Shown: in pieces, positions 39,587 to 52,096 of the stretch
Numbering within the stretch: position 1 is the stretch's first letter
How the letters are laid out: each line of letters starts with the position of its first letter
Source of the DNA: the human T2T-CHM13v2.0 reference genome, Homo sapiens
DNA length: 64,000 bases
Assembly (NCBI RefSeq): GCF_009914755.1
Contig: NC_060943.1
Reading direction: 5' to 3' (one strand)
Notes under the pieces: generated by a model
What the model was told of the DNA's origin: nothing
Database searches by the model: none
What the model saw: only the letters and a program-made list of their open reading frames with translations
Program-made: the position numbers and the translations under genes

Positions 39587-40803
39587 AGCTGACGGTGGTG
39601 TATAGACAGCTGACATCTGGGGGCGCTGCTGTGGATTGGGGTTTCTTGGCATCTGGTCTGTGGGAGCTGACGGTGACGCATAGACAGCTGACATCTGGGG
39701 GCGCTGCTGTGGATTGGGGTTTCTTGGCATCTGGTCTGTGGGAGCTGACGGTGGCGCATAGACAGCTGACATCTGGGGGCGCTGCTGTGGATTGGGGTTT
39801 CTTGGCATCTGGTCTGTGGGAGCTGACGGTGGCGTATAGACAGCTGACATCTGGGGGCGCTGCTGTGGATTGGGGTTTCTTGGCATCTGGTCTGTGGGAG
39901 CTGACGGTGGCACATAGACAGCTGACATCTGGGGGCGCTGCTGTGGATTGGGGTTTCTTGGCATCTGGTCTGTGGGAGCTGACGGTGGCGCATAGACAGC
40001 TGACATCTGGGGGCGCTGCTGTGGATTGGGGTTTCTTGGCATCTGGTCTGTGGGAGCTGACGGTGACGCATAGACAGCTGACATCTGGGGGCGCTGCTGT
40101 GGATTGGGGTTTCTTGGCATCTGGTCTGTGGGAGCTGACGGTGGCGCATAGACAGCTGACATCTGGAGGCGCTGCTGTGGATTGGGGTTTCTTGGCATCT
40201 GGTCTGTGGGAGCTGACGGTGGCGCATAGACAGCTGACATCTGGGGGCGCTGCTGTGGATTGGGGTTTCTTGGCATCTGGTCTGTGGGAGCTGACGGTGG
40301 CGCATAGACAGCTGACATCTGGGGGCGCTGCTGTGGATTGGGGTTTCTTGGCATCTGGTCTGTGGGAGCTGACGGTGGCGTATAGACAGCTGACATCTGG
40401 GGGCGCTGCTGTGGATTGGGGTTTCTTGGCATCTGGTCTGTGGGAGCTGACGGTGGCGTATAGACAGCTGACATCTGGGGGCGCTGCTGTGGATTGGGGT
40501 TTCTTGGCATCTGGTCTGTGGGAGCTGACGGTGGTGTATAGACAGCTGACATCTGGGGGCGCTGCTGTGCATTGGGGTTTCTTGGCATCTGGTCTGTGGG
40601 AGCTGACGGTGGTGTATAGACAGCTGACATCTGGGGGCATCTAGTGGGAGCTGACCGTGGTGTATAGACAGCTGACATCTGGGGGCGCTGCTGTGGATTG
40701 GGGTTTCTTGGCATCTGGTGTGTGGAAACTGACGGTGGTGTATAGACAGCTGACATCTGGGGGCGCTACTGTGGATTGGGGTTTCTTGGCATCTGGTGTG
40801 TGG
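39587..40803. repeat. 78-bp minisatellite, ~15.5 copies (ZNF444 intron)
   Basis: Core tagacagctg occurs every 78 bp from 39603 to 40617, then one 48-bp shortened unit and two more diverged units (40665, 40743). Confidence 0.97.
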
Positions 40804-41479
40804 GTCCTCGCCTGTCCTCAGAGTTTTCACCGAGACATTGCCGGATGAGAAGGAGAGGACAGCCGAGGAGAGGCTCCTGTACTGGTAGAAAGCAGTAGAG
40901 CTCACCTGGAAACTTTTAAAAAATACTGTCGGCCGGGCATGGTGGCTCACGCCTGTCATCCCAGCACTTTGGGAGGCCAAGGTGGGCAGATCACCTGAGG
41001 TCAGGAGTTCGAGACCAGCCTGGCCAACATGGCAAAACTGCGTCTCTACTAAAAATACAAAAATCAGCTGGGCATGGTGGCACATGCCTGTAATCCCAGC
41101 TACTCAGGAAGCTGAGGCAGGAGAATCGCTTGAACCCAGGAGCTGGAGATTGCAGTGAACCAGGACTGCACCACCGCACTCCAGCCTGGGCGACAGAGTG
41201 AGACTCTGTCTCAAAAAAAAAAAAAAAAAATACCGTTGCCGGGATTTTACTCTTAGATTTGAAGTTGCGGTTATGAGGTGATTCGGGCCTCAGCTTCAGT
41301 AATTTTTTAACTGAATGTCTCCATTCTCCTGTTGAAGGACATTTGGGTTGATTCCAGGGTTTTGTTTTTTTTTTTTTTTTAATAGAGCTGGTTTACGTCT
41401 CTGAATAGGTTTCTGTGTGAATACACGTTTACATTTATCTAGGGTAAGCGCCCAGGAGTGCAGTTGCTGGGTTGCGTGA

Positions 41480-41833
41480 CGTCTTAGTCTGTTTGGGCTG
41501 CTGTAACAAGGTACCATAGGCTGCTGGCTGAAAACAACGGGAATGTATTTCTCACAGTTCTGCAGGCTGGGGAGTTTGAGATCAAGGCCAACTCAGTGTT
41601 TGGTGAGGGTCTCCTGCTGGTTCACAGATGGTGGCTTCCTGCTGTGTCCTCACAGGGCAGAAGGGGTGAAGGGGTCTCTCTGGGGTCTCTTGTAGAAGGG
41701 CACTAATCCCATTCATGAGGGCTCCCCCTTCATGACCTAATCACCTCCCAAAGGCCCCACGTAATCTCATTACCTTCAGGGTTAGGATTTCAACATAGAA
41801 TTTGAGAGGCACACAGACATTTGGTCTGCAGCA
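41480..41833 (-). mobile_element. MLT1A-type MaLR solo LTR
   Basis: gtcttagtctgtttgggctgctgtaaca...cactaatcccattcatgagggctcc...catgacctaatcacctcccaaaggcccc. Confidence 0.82.
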
Positions 41834-43150
41834 GTCTTCTGTCCATTTTCAGACTGGGTTGTTTTCTTGCCCTGGAGATTCCTTCATGTTAGTCTGGATG
41901 CATCCTCTGCCAGCTAGTAGACTTTCACATTTTTTTTAAAAGTGCCTCATGACCTGTGTGAGCCACTGGAGTTGGGGACCACCAATAAGAGAGAGCCCGT
42001 CATCCAGGAGGGGGCAGGCTCTTCCATTTGGGGGAGAACAGGGGACATTTGGGAATCACAGCCTCCATGGTTCTAAGGACTGTTCCCATCTCCTCAGAGT
42101 CTAGGGGACTTAGAGAAATATATAGCCTTCTTGGCTACGTTGGCCTTGTCGAGTTTGTTTATGACTTTTTTATGGTATGTCTAGCCCCAGCTGGAATGTA
42201 GTCTCATATAGTCTCCTGTGGGTTGGGGCCTTGTCTTTTGTTCAGTGATGTGTCCCTGGAGCTCAGGATGGTGCTGGGCACATAGTAGGTGCTACAAAAA
42301 TACTCGTTGAGGGAATGGCTAACCCTTCCCAGCCTCCTCTTCTCCTGCTGTGGAGGGAATGGCTAACCGTTCCCAGCCTCCTCTTGTCCTGCTTTGATAT
42401 ACAGGATTTGACAGGAAGACCAGGGTATGGTCAGCTTCCTCACTTCTGTGGAGAGAGAATCTGATCTGTCCAGAAAGATCGAATGACCTGGCTGTAGTCA
42501 CTCAGCATCTGGCCTCAGGCACACAATAGGGAAAGGGGATAGTTTAAGACGGATGGGGGCAGGGCGTCTGCCAATCGGGGAAGTGCAGAGAAAAGCCAGT
42601 GGGGTAGGCCTGGGAGGTGGGGAGAGGCAGCTCCAGCCAGTACCTGGTTAGCTTGACAGGAAATGCCCCAGTCAGCCTGCGTCTCAGGTCGGAATTGAAG
42701 GGGAGGCCCTGGGGCTCCAGAGGCAGCTGGGAGCACAGGAAAATAGCACAGGGTAGCTGTTCAATGTAGAAGCCAAACTCAGAAGATTAGCAGAGGACAG
42801 GTTGATAATCAAGGTCCAAACTCAATATTTGAAAAGAATAGTAGAATAGTGCAAACCTTCAGCAAGTTGACTAGGAGGAAAACAAGAAACAGCACAAACA
42901 CTGATGGTGGAAGCAAGCAAAGCCGGGGATGGAGCGGATTTGACAACCGTTGAGAACACCGTGTTCAACGTACACAATGCATTCGAAGTCCTAGATGAAA
43001 TGGACAGTTTTCTAGGAAAATATAAATCACCAACATATGCTCATGATGTAGTGGCAGATGTGAGAGTCTGGAAACCAGAGGGGGGAGATCAAAAGGTGAT
43101 GAAAGACCTTCGCGTATAGAAGGCACTGGATTCCAGCACTTTATGTGTAA

Positions 43151-43488
<338 letters not shown>

Positions 43489-43536
43489 TAACAGGACAAG
43501 GACAGCACAGGAAAAGAAGGTTGCAGCCAGTCTCAT

Positions 43537-43753
43537 GGGACCCTCAACAGAACATCGGCAGCTTGATTCCGCAGTGGGTGGACAGACCTATGTGCTGGGG
43601 CAGGTGGAGCTTAGCCCAGATACACGAGGATGCTTCATCCTTAGGGGATCCTCAGCAGAACATCAGCAGCTTGATCCCACAGTGGGTGGACAGGCCTATG
43701 CACTGGGGCAGGTGGAGCTTAGCCCAGATACACGAGGATGCTGCATCCTTAGG
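43537..43753. repeat. 108-bp tandem duplication, followed by a second short duplication (~43755-43825)
   Basis: ggga(c/t)cctca(a/g)cagaacatc...gaggatgct(t/g)catccttagg occurs twice, then agtctctcagtta..gtacacagacttcaaagc twice. Confidence 0.9.
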
Positions 43754-43974
43754 AAGTCTCTCAGTTAGTACACAGACTTCAAAGCCGACCAGAGTCTCTC
43801 AGTTAAAGTACACAGACTTCAAAGCTGGATATGAGTCCTGCCTCCACCTTTTCCAAGCTGGGTGACCTTGGACGCATGTCTGGGACTCTCAGAGCCTTGG
43901 CTTCCTCAGCTGCAATTTTGGAATCTCGATTCCTGAGCCCTCCAGGGATGGGTGTAAGGAGGGCTCCATCAGGC

Positions 43975-44480
43975 AGTGTGTTCCTGGCTGTGCCAAATTG
44001 GCTCAGTCAGTCACACACAGGGTCACAGCTTATTACAGAGAAAGGACACAGATGACAACCAGCCAAGGGAAGAGATGAGTGGAATGGGTGGAGGAAGGCT
44101 CTGTGCTCGGAGCTCCCAACTGTCCTCCTGCCGTGGAGTGTGGACGGCGCTAACTCCTCCCGGCAACAACGTGTGACAACCTGCAGGGGGTGCTGCTGGC
44201 CAGGAACGCTTCCCCGAGCTCGGCACTCGGTCTCTGTTGGGGTTGTGTGTAGATATGCTGACCTTCACCTCCATCCCTGGCAGAGGCCGAGCTGATGCAC
44301 ATGGCCCAGACCCCCAACCCTGAGTCACGCTGTGGGCTCAGCCCACCCGGGTGGCCCAGGGCCCCAGGTGAGCAGACCCTGCCATCAGGCAGTGTGTTCT
44401 GGGGGCATAGAGGTGACCCTCCCTGGAGCCAAGGGCAGAGGCCAGACCTCTCTGGACAGGGCTGAGCCTCACTGCACAGC
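43975..44480. mobile_element. ERVL LTR fragment (MER77-like)
   Basis: ggagctcccaactgtcctcctgccgtggagtgtggacggcg...gcaacaacgtgtgacaa resembles the recalled MER77 consensus. Confidence 0.5.
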
Positions 44481-44600
44481 AGCAGCATCTCGTCAGTCTC
44501 CACGCAGCCTGCAGGGTCCGTCCTGGGTACTGGTGTCATCTCAGGGAAGGAAAGCAGCTTGCCCGAGGTGACACAGCTGGTTCAGGGGCAGGGGGGGATC

Positions 44601-45643
44601 TGTGGAAAAAACGTACTCAAAGTATCTTTTTCTATTCTCAGCATCAGTGACCACAGAAGACGTCTGTGACCAAATGTTGGAGGGGGTGTCCCCTCACATA
44701 CCGAACAAGCAATCAACTCTGCAGCAGACACAAGCTGGGTGTCCTCTAATGCATTTCCAACATGGTCTCCCTGGAGACAGTGCCAGATCCCACAGGTTGA
44801 GGGCTCACATCCCAAGACTGACCCCCCATTTCTGATGCCAGTCACAAGCCCCAGGTTATTTCATCTGTGCTTCCAACTGACAGGCTGTACATCGGGCTCC
44901 CACAGCCCTTCCTCTGGTTCCGTTAATTTGCTAGTGTGCTCACAGAACCAGGGAAACATGTTTACCGATTTATTGTAAAGGAGATTTTAAAGGATACCAG
45001 TGAACAGCCAGATGGAGAGCCACGTATGGTGAGGTCTGGAAGGGTTCCGAGCGCAGGGGCCTCTGTCCCTGTGGACTTGGGATGCACCATCCTCCTGGCA
45101 TGTGGGTGAGGTCTAGTTTACCTTGCTGTCCACCTCCACGAGTTCAGCTCTCTGGAAGCTCCCTGAACCCTGTCCTTTTGGCCTTTTATGGAGACTTGGT
45201 TGAGAGGCATAACTGAAGCATGGACAGCCATGTAGAAATGTGATTAGATAAAACGGGTGTGATCGAATCCGAGTAGACCGAGCGGGGAAACCTCGCAAGG
45301 CCTGTGTGTTCAGACCCTTCTTGGCCTCCTTTGGCTTTCTTTCCTCCAGGGTAGGGGCAGGACCCCTTCTGAAGGGGGGTGTTATGGCCCACAATCAGAC
45401 AAATTAGGTCAGAAAAATTTTTTATGGCCAGAGGTGGGGGAAGATTTAAGGATATTTTTAGTTTTTAAGGCCTGCCTTGTGGAGAAAGAAGAGCAGGTGA
45501 AAGTAGGGCAGAAGGTCAGGGAGAGACTCTTTTTCTGAGGCCTAAAGCTTCCCATCGTTAGAACAAGACCGTAACAAGGGCTGTGGGAGTCATGAGCCAG
45601 GAGCCGTGGACAGAGCCCAATGTATACGTATCATAAAATCACA
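44601..45643 (-). mobile_element. MER21-type ERVL solo LTR
   Basis: agctgggtgtcctctaat...gccagatcccacaggttgagggctc; TG...CA termini (tgtgg ... aaatcaca). Confidence 0.75.
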
Positions 45644-46222
45644 GGGAGGGTTAGGACCCCGGGGCTGCTCCATGCTCCCCCCTTCTGTGTGCCTGGCCCC
45701 ACAAGGCGCGCCTGTCCCCGCATGGGTGTGCCCTGGATGTCTCTTCCTGTGGACAATGCCTGGCCAGCGTCCCCTGTCTCTGGGGCCTCAAACCAGGAAG
45801 TTCCCCGAGGAATGGGTGGATCTCAGGCTTTTCTGTGCCCAAGATCTCTGGGAGAACCGTCTGCTGGCACGGCTTCCCAGGCTCCACTCTCAGGTGTGTC
45901 AACCCCGGTGCCCTTGAGCTGAGGCCAGGACAGCACCCCTGCCCAGCCTCTGCCTGTGGCTGACACCACACAAGGGTCATGGGAGCCCCGCCAAGGGCCA
46001 AGGAGCTGGAGGGTGGTCCAGGGTGGTGCTCTGGGCCCGAGTGAGACTGTGCTCTTCTGACTCTCTCCGATGGGCCCCAGAGCCCATCACGGTCCCACAG
46101 CCAGGTTGCGAGGCACCTAGGATCTAGTCAGCGTTGTGCCAAGCCCCCATCCTCATGCCTCAGCTGCCTGAGTCACTGGGATTACAGTCATGAGCCACCA
46201 GGCCCACGCTCTTGTATTTTGA

Positions 46223-46564
<342 letters not shown>

Positions 46565-47374
46565 TGAGCCACCTCGCCTGGCCTAGGCATTGCTAATTTT
46601 CACACCAGTGATTGCTTTGTGATCCACGTACTCCTCTGGCCAAAAATATTTGAAACGGGGAAAAGGTGTGGTGCGTGACTTAGCTGTCATAGGCACCAGA
46701 AGAATTCTCATCCCTTTCCCTTGGGGACGTGGTTTTGAGGAATTATGTAGTAGGGCGAAGAAACCACAACGAGTTGGACTGAAACTTTTTAAATTTTTGG
46801 TCTTCCTGGTTGGTGCCGTCCTGCTTGGCAGCTGTTCTGCTGTTTCACACCAAGAAAAGTTGTTTCTGAACTTAGTTTACTTTTTTCCCAAGTTAAAAGT
46901 AGCTTATATATTCTGCATTTTGTTAAGGAGCTTGCACTTTATCCAAAGGGCAGGACGAAGCTGATCTGAGACAGGTGTATTAGTTATTTCTTGCTTCCTG
47001 ACAAGTCACCCCACACTCAGGGGTGTAAACAGTAACATCTGTCAGCTCAGAAAGCCTCTGTGGGTCCGGAGTCTGTGAGTGGCTTGGGCACGCGGACCTG
47101 GCCCAGGGTCTCCTGTGAGGTCACAGTGCAGTGTTGGCCAGGCTGTCATCTGAAGGTTGGTGGCTTCAAGATGGCTCCCTGGCAGGGGGTTGGCAGGAGG
47201 CCTTGGTTCCTCACCTGGGGGCCTCTCTGTGGGGCAGCTTCAGTGTCGCCCAGCATGACTGTGGCTTCCTCCCAGCAGGGATGGGATTGCACAGCTGGTC
47301 GACGGTGGTTGGGAGAGGGAGAAATAGAGGCCCTTGCTCAGGTTTCTGAGTTCAAAACTGTGCTCTCATTTCAG

Positions 47375-47483
47375 GGGCCAGCAGCCTCCCCCGATGGGTC
47401 GTCAGCAACGAGGGTGCCTCAGGATGTGACGCAGGGCCCTGGGGCCACAGGTGGAAAGGAGGACAGTGGGATGATTCCCTTAG
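47375..47483 (+). CDS. ZNF444: ZNF444 coding exon 2 (linker GPAASPDG...DSGMIPL)
   Basis: Acceptor ctctcatttcag| ends at 47374 and donor TTAG|gtgagc lies at 47483/47484. 109 nt (phase 0 to 1) joins the SCAN exon in frame to the zinc-finger exon. Confidence 0.93.
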
Positions 47484-47667
47484 GTGAGCTGCTGGCCTCT
47501 CTGGTTCTCCCCGCCAGCCCCCAGCACCGGGGAGGGGGTTCAGTGAACGATCCTGGCACCAGGACCCAGGACAAGGACAGACTTGGACCCCAGCCCTTGA
47601 GGAGCCCCGGGGTTCGGACCCAAGGGGCGGGCATTGGGGGTATGGGTGGGCCTCGGGGTTGGAGGTT

Positions 47668-48302
47668 CATCCATCCATCTATCCATCCATGCACCCATCT
47701 AGCCATCATCCACCCTCCACCTATCCATTCCTCTATCATATACCCACCCATTCACCCATCCATCCCTCTATCATTCTCCCAGGCATCCATCCATCCTTCA
47801 CATGTTCCCCCTCACACCAATCCCACCATCCCTCTGTCATCCATCATCATCACCCATCTATCCATGACCCACCCATCCATCCATCTACTCATCCACCCAT
47901 GCACCCACCCATCCATCATCTGTACATTCATCCACCCATCATCCGTCCATCCATCCACCCATCATCCACCCATGCATTCATCATCTACCCATCCATCACC
48001 CATCCGTCCATCTAGTCATCCACCCACCCATCCATCATCTGTACATTCATCCACCCATCATCCACCCATGCATTCATCATCTACCCATCCATCACCCATC
48101 CGTCCATCTAGTTATCCACCCACCCATCCATCATCTAGACATTCATCCACCCCTCATCCACCCACGCATTCTTCATCTACCCATCCATCATCTGTACATT
48201 CATCCATCCATCATCGGTCCATTCATCACCCATCATCCACCCACGCATTCTTCATCTACCCACGCATTCATCTACCCATCCATCATCCAGCCAGCCATCA
48301 TC
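47668..48302. repeat. Degenerate (CCAT)n low-complexity tract in the last intron of ZNF444
   Basis: catccatccacccatc variants over ~630 bp with internal longer-period duplications. Confidence 0.92.
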
Positions 48303-48504
48303 TATTATGTATTGGGCATTGACTGTATGCCAGGCACTACTAGGTACCGGGACACAGGTATGAATAAGAAGCCCACAGCCCAGCCCTCTTCCCACCCCAA
48401 TGGTTTCTGCCTTTAAGCGTTCCCTCCCTGCCTCCACCCCAGCCTGTGCTGTCCTTGCCCCGCCCTCGTGCCGACCCAGATGCTGACTCTCTTTCTTTTC
48501 CCAG

Positions 48505-49082
48505 CAGGCACCGCCCCTGGGGCTGAGGGGCCGGCGCCTGGGGACTCCCAGGCTGTGCGCCCCTACAAGCAGGAGCCCAGCAGCCCCCCGCTGGCGCCTG
48601 GCCTGCCCGCCTTCCTAGCGGCCCCGGGCACCACGTCCTGCCCCGAGTGCGGCAAAACGTCCCTGAAACCAGCTCACCTGCTGCGCCACCGGCAGAGCCA
48701 CTCGGGCGAGAAGCCGCACGCCTGCCCTGAGTGCGGGAAGGCCTTTCGGCGCAAGGAGCACCTGCGGCGCCACCGCGACACGCACCCCGGCAGCCCCGGC
48801 AGCCCCGGGCCCGCGCTGCGCCCTCTGCCCGCCCGTGAGAAGCCCCACGCGTGCTGCGAGTGTGGCAAGACCTTCTACTGGCGCGAGCACCTGGTGCGCC
48901 ACCGCAAGACGCACTCGGGAGCGCGGCCCTTTGCCTGCTGGGAGTGTGGCAAGGGCTTCGGGCGCCGCGAGCACGTGCTGCGCCACCAGCGCATCCACGG
49001 CCGGGCAGCGGCCAGCGCGCAGGGGGCGGTAGCTCCGGGCCCGGATGGTGGAGGCCCCTTCCCGCCCTGGCCCTTGGGTTAG
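48505..49082 (+). CDS. ZNF444: ZNF444 last coding exon: four C2H2 zinc fingers, stop TAG
   Basis: Polypyrimidine tract plus ccag|cag| acceptor. Fingers are CPECGKTSLKPAHLLRHRQSH, CPECGKAFRRKEHLRRHRDTH, CCECGKTFYWREHLVRHRKTH and CWECGKGFGRREHVLRHQRIH. 297+109+578=984 nt = 327 aa + stop. Confidence 0.97.
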
Positions 49083-49770
49083 CCGCCTCCCGGCCAGCGC
49101 CATCTCCCGCCCTTGGTGCTGCCCCCGGGCGGTACCTGCTCTCTCCCAGCGCCACTTGGCCTCTTCCTCTCCTCCTTCCCTCCCATCGTCCTCCTCCACC
49201 TGCGCCTCCCTTGTCTGAACTTCCCAACGCCTTCCTATTCCTTTCCAACTCCTTTTCCCCCAAATTTCACTTTCCTTCTCAGGTCTCACCTCAGCCCCCC
49301 CCTTCTCCCTGATTTCTCGGCCTCTCTCTCTGTGTGAAGGGGCCTCTCCCTAATGTCTCCTCCTTCCCCCCTCTTCTCTCTCCTGCGGCCCAGCCTCCCT
49401 CTCCCTCCTCCATTCCTCTCTCCCTGCCCTTTTCCTGCCTGAAGAGCAGAGGTGAGGACCTGGGACCCCTGAGGGGCAGGCCAGGAGGAGCTCGGGCGCA
49501 GGCCAGGCCCCCTTGGTGAAGCAGAGGCTGAAGGAAAGGGGTCTGGGTCTTGTCCCTAGGAATTCTCCTCCCTCAGGAGATTGGGGGTTGGGGGAGGCAG
49601 CGGGTGATGGCTCTGAAGCTGAACCCAGGGCCTGGCTGTGGTCTTCTTGGTCTTGCTGCCCCCTGTGACCCAAAGGCATGGGATGGACAGAGATGCCTGC
49701 CCCCGTGAAGCTGGTTGGGGAGGGCAGTTCACCAGCATCCATAGAGTAATAAAGTCACTGTGTGTAGACC
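49083..49770 (+). other. ZNF444: ZNF444 3'UTR
   Basis: Runs from the stop codon to the first AATAAA; includes a long pyrimidine-rich tract at ~49160-49440. Confidence 0.8.
49748..49753 (+). terminator. Polyadenylation signal AATAAA of ZNF444
   Basis: gtAATAAAgtcactgtgtgtag; first canonical hexamer seen after the stop, with GT-rich sequence downstream. Confidence 0.85.
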
Positions 49771-51700
49771 CGGAGTCTGAGCTCTGTCTGGAGTCTGTCC
49801 GGCACAGCCACCCTCCCAGGGCCGAGCGTCTGGGGTGCCCGGGGCTTCTGGGGTCAGCTGTCTTGGCTCCCACCACAGACTCTCTTGGCATGAGAGAGGC
49901 TCTGGGAGTCTGGGCACAGCTGTGGGAGGCAGTGCAGGAAATGTGTCCTCAGGAGGGCTGTCCCCACCTCCATCCTACGGAGGCAGGGATGAGGCTCCTG
50001 GAAGGGACCTGCCGAGTGCCACACTGAGTCAGGTTCGCATCTGAGCCCTTCAGCTTCCTGGCTGGGAACCTACAGGTTGGTCATACCCTCTGGGCATGAG
50101 TTCCACATCCGCAAGTGATGATAATGGCACCCACCTCCCTTGCTAAGGCCACTCTGTTTGACTGGGGTCCTGAGTGTCAGTGTTGGTAGGTCTTGGGTGG
50201 CCCATTCTGCCACGCAAGGAATTCTCTCACCTTTAGCTGGAGCCATTGGCCGAGGGGGGGACTCCGTATGGAGGGCAGGCTTTGGCCAGCTGCATCTTTC
50301 CAGGATGCCACCTCTTGTCAGCTCAGCGAGCAACCCCGGTTCCTTCTCTCCAGAGAGGAAATCTGTAGCCTCTGCCGGGTGGATGAAGGGCAGTTGCCGG
50401 GCTTTGGAAAGCGTAGGATGAGAGCGCTGGTCTGACCACTCCCCTGCCGCCCAGTCTTGGGGCTGGCTTCACCCTGGTCCTTTTGGTTCCTGTGTGCCCA
50501 GCGCCTGAGCCTGGGAGGGGTTCTATGTCAAACCCTCCATGGTTGCCGCCTTGTGGCTGAGCCCGCCACGGTACCACCTTGCGTCCAAGCCCCCCCACGG
50601 TCACTGCCTTGCTCTCTGCTTCAGCTTCTGGCTCAGTGTCAAGGGCTGGGGCAGGTACAGCCTGTGCCGGGCTGCGAGGGCATCTGGAAACAGCCACCTG
50701 GACGGTCCAGTGCACATCACTGGAGTCTAGGTCTGCCTTCAAGACTCAACAGTGCAGGGAAGGGTTTAGGTGCCAGGCTATCCAGGAAGGGCAAGTGACC
50801 ACAGGCCTCAGCACCCACCTCCTAAGACAGGACTGGTAGTAATGCCCCTCCTGAAAAGGGACTGTTTTTGAAAATTAAATAAGGCTGGGTGCAGTGGCTC
50901 ATACCTGTAATCGCAACACTTTAGGAGGCTCGGGTGGGTGGATCACTTGAGCTCAGGAGTTCAAGACCAGCTCGGCTAACATGCTGAAACCCCGACTCTA
51001 CTGAAAACACAAAAATTAGCCAGGCATGATGGTGGACACCTGTAATCCCAGCTACTCCGGAGGCTGAGGTGGGAGGATCACTTGAACCCAGGAGGCAGAG
51101 GTTGCAGTGAGCTGAGATCGCACCACTGCCCTACTCCAGCCTGGGCAACAGAGCGAGACTTCGTCTCAAAAGAAAAATAAGGTAATGAATGCAGAATACT
51201 TACGGGAACTTGGTGTGTGATCTCAGCCTGCTGCTTTCACACTGACAGGTGCATGTTAAGGACGTTACCATGCCCACCGTGTGGGGAAGAAGACGGGCTG
51301 GGAGAAGCCGTGTCGTCTGCTGCAGACTTTCAGGAAGTGACTAAGAGGCATGAGAGGGAGTATGAGGTGGTGTCAGGCCAGGGTCTGAGGACAGGGTTCT
51401 GATAACAGCAAACACAGAGTGAGTCTGCTGGGCCAGACCTTTTTAAAATCCAGTTTGTTTATCATCATAACCAACCGATGAGGCATGCACTGTTGTTATC
51501 CCCATGGTACAGATGGGGAAACTGAGGCACCAAAAGAGTAAGGGACCGGGCCACATCTGTGGATCTCATCCCAGGTGTCTGGGCTCACAGTATTCACTCC
51601 AGCTCCTAACAGCACAGCTGCTGCTTTTGCCCATTCAGGCTCCATCTCTTCTCTTCTGAAAAGCCTCCCGGGACTTCTGTGCCCCTTTGGGGACCCCTCC

Positions 51701-51701
<1 letters not shown>

Positions 51702-51737
<36 letters not shown>
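51702..51737. repeat. (CA)n microsatellite
   Basis: About 18 pure AC units. Confidence 0.95.
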
Positions 51738-51739
<2 letters not shown>

Positions 51740-52096
51740 CGTGTCTGGTCTCGGAGGGACAGTCGGCCAGGCTGTCCTGCCCCACTCTTTTGTGTCACTC
51801 AAGATGGACAGTCCCGGATGGATTGGAGGATGCTGGAAGAACACCCCTGCAAAGGACTAGAAACAAGGCGAGACCAGATAGATGGAGATCTGACTCCCGC
51901 ACCCTCCTGCACCCACACCTGCTAAGCCTGGGGGAGCTTTGGTTTGACATCCGATGACGAGTGGTGTCTGCCTCCGAGGCTGTATAACGGAGTGGAGGAT
52001 GATCCCCCCCAAACAGGAGGGAAATTCTGGAAGGCCGAAACAAAACTTGAATATTCTCCGCATGGGCAACAGAAAACTTTCCAGAGAGACAACCTA

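Noticed and set aside
39516-41085. Long ORFs of 349-515 aa on both strands
   Set aside because: They are translations of the 78-bp repeat (26-aa period). All three minus frames are open and the longest starts inside an Alu, which is typical of a repeat artefact.
48340-49289. Antisense ORFs (307 and 224 aa) over the zinc-finger exon, and likewise 35370-36353 over the SCAN exon
   Set aside because: Shadow frames of GC3-rich coding sequence.
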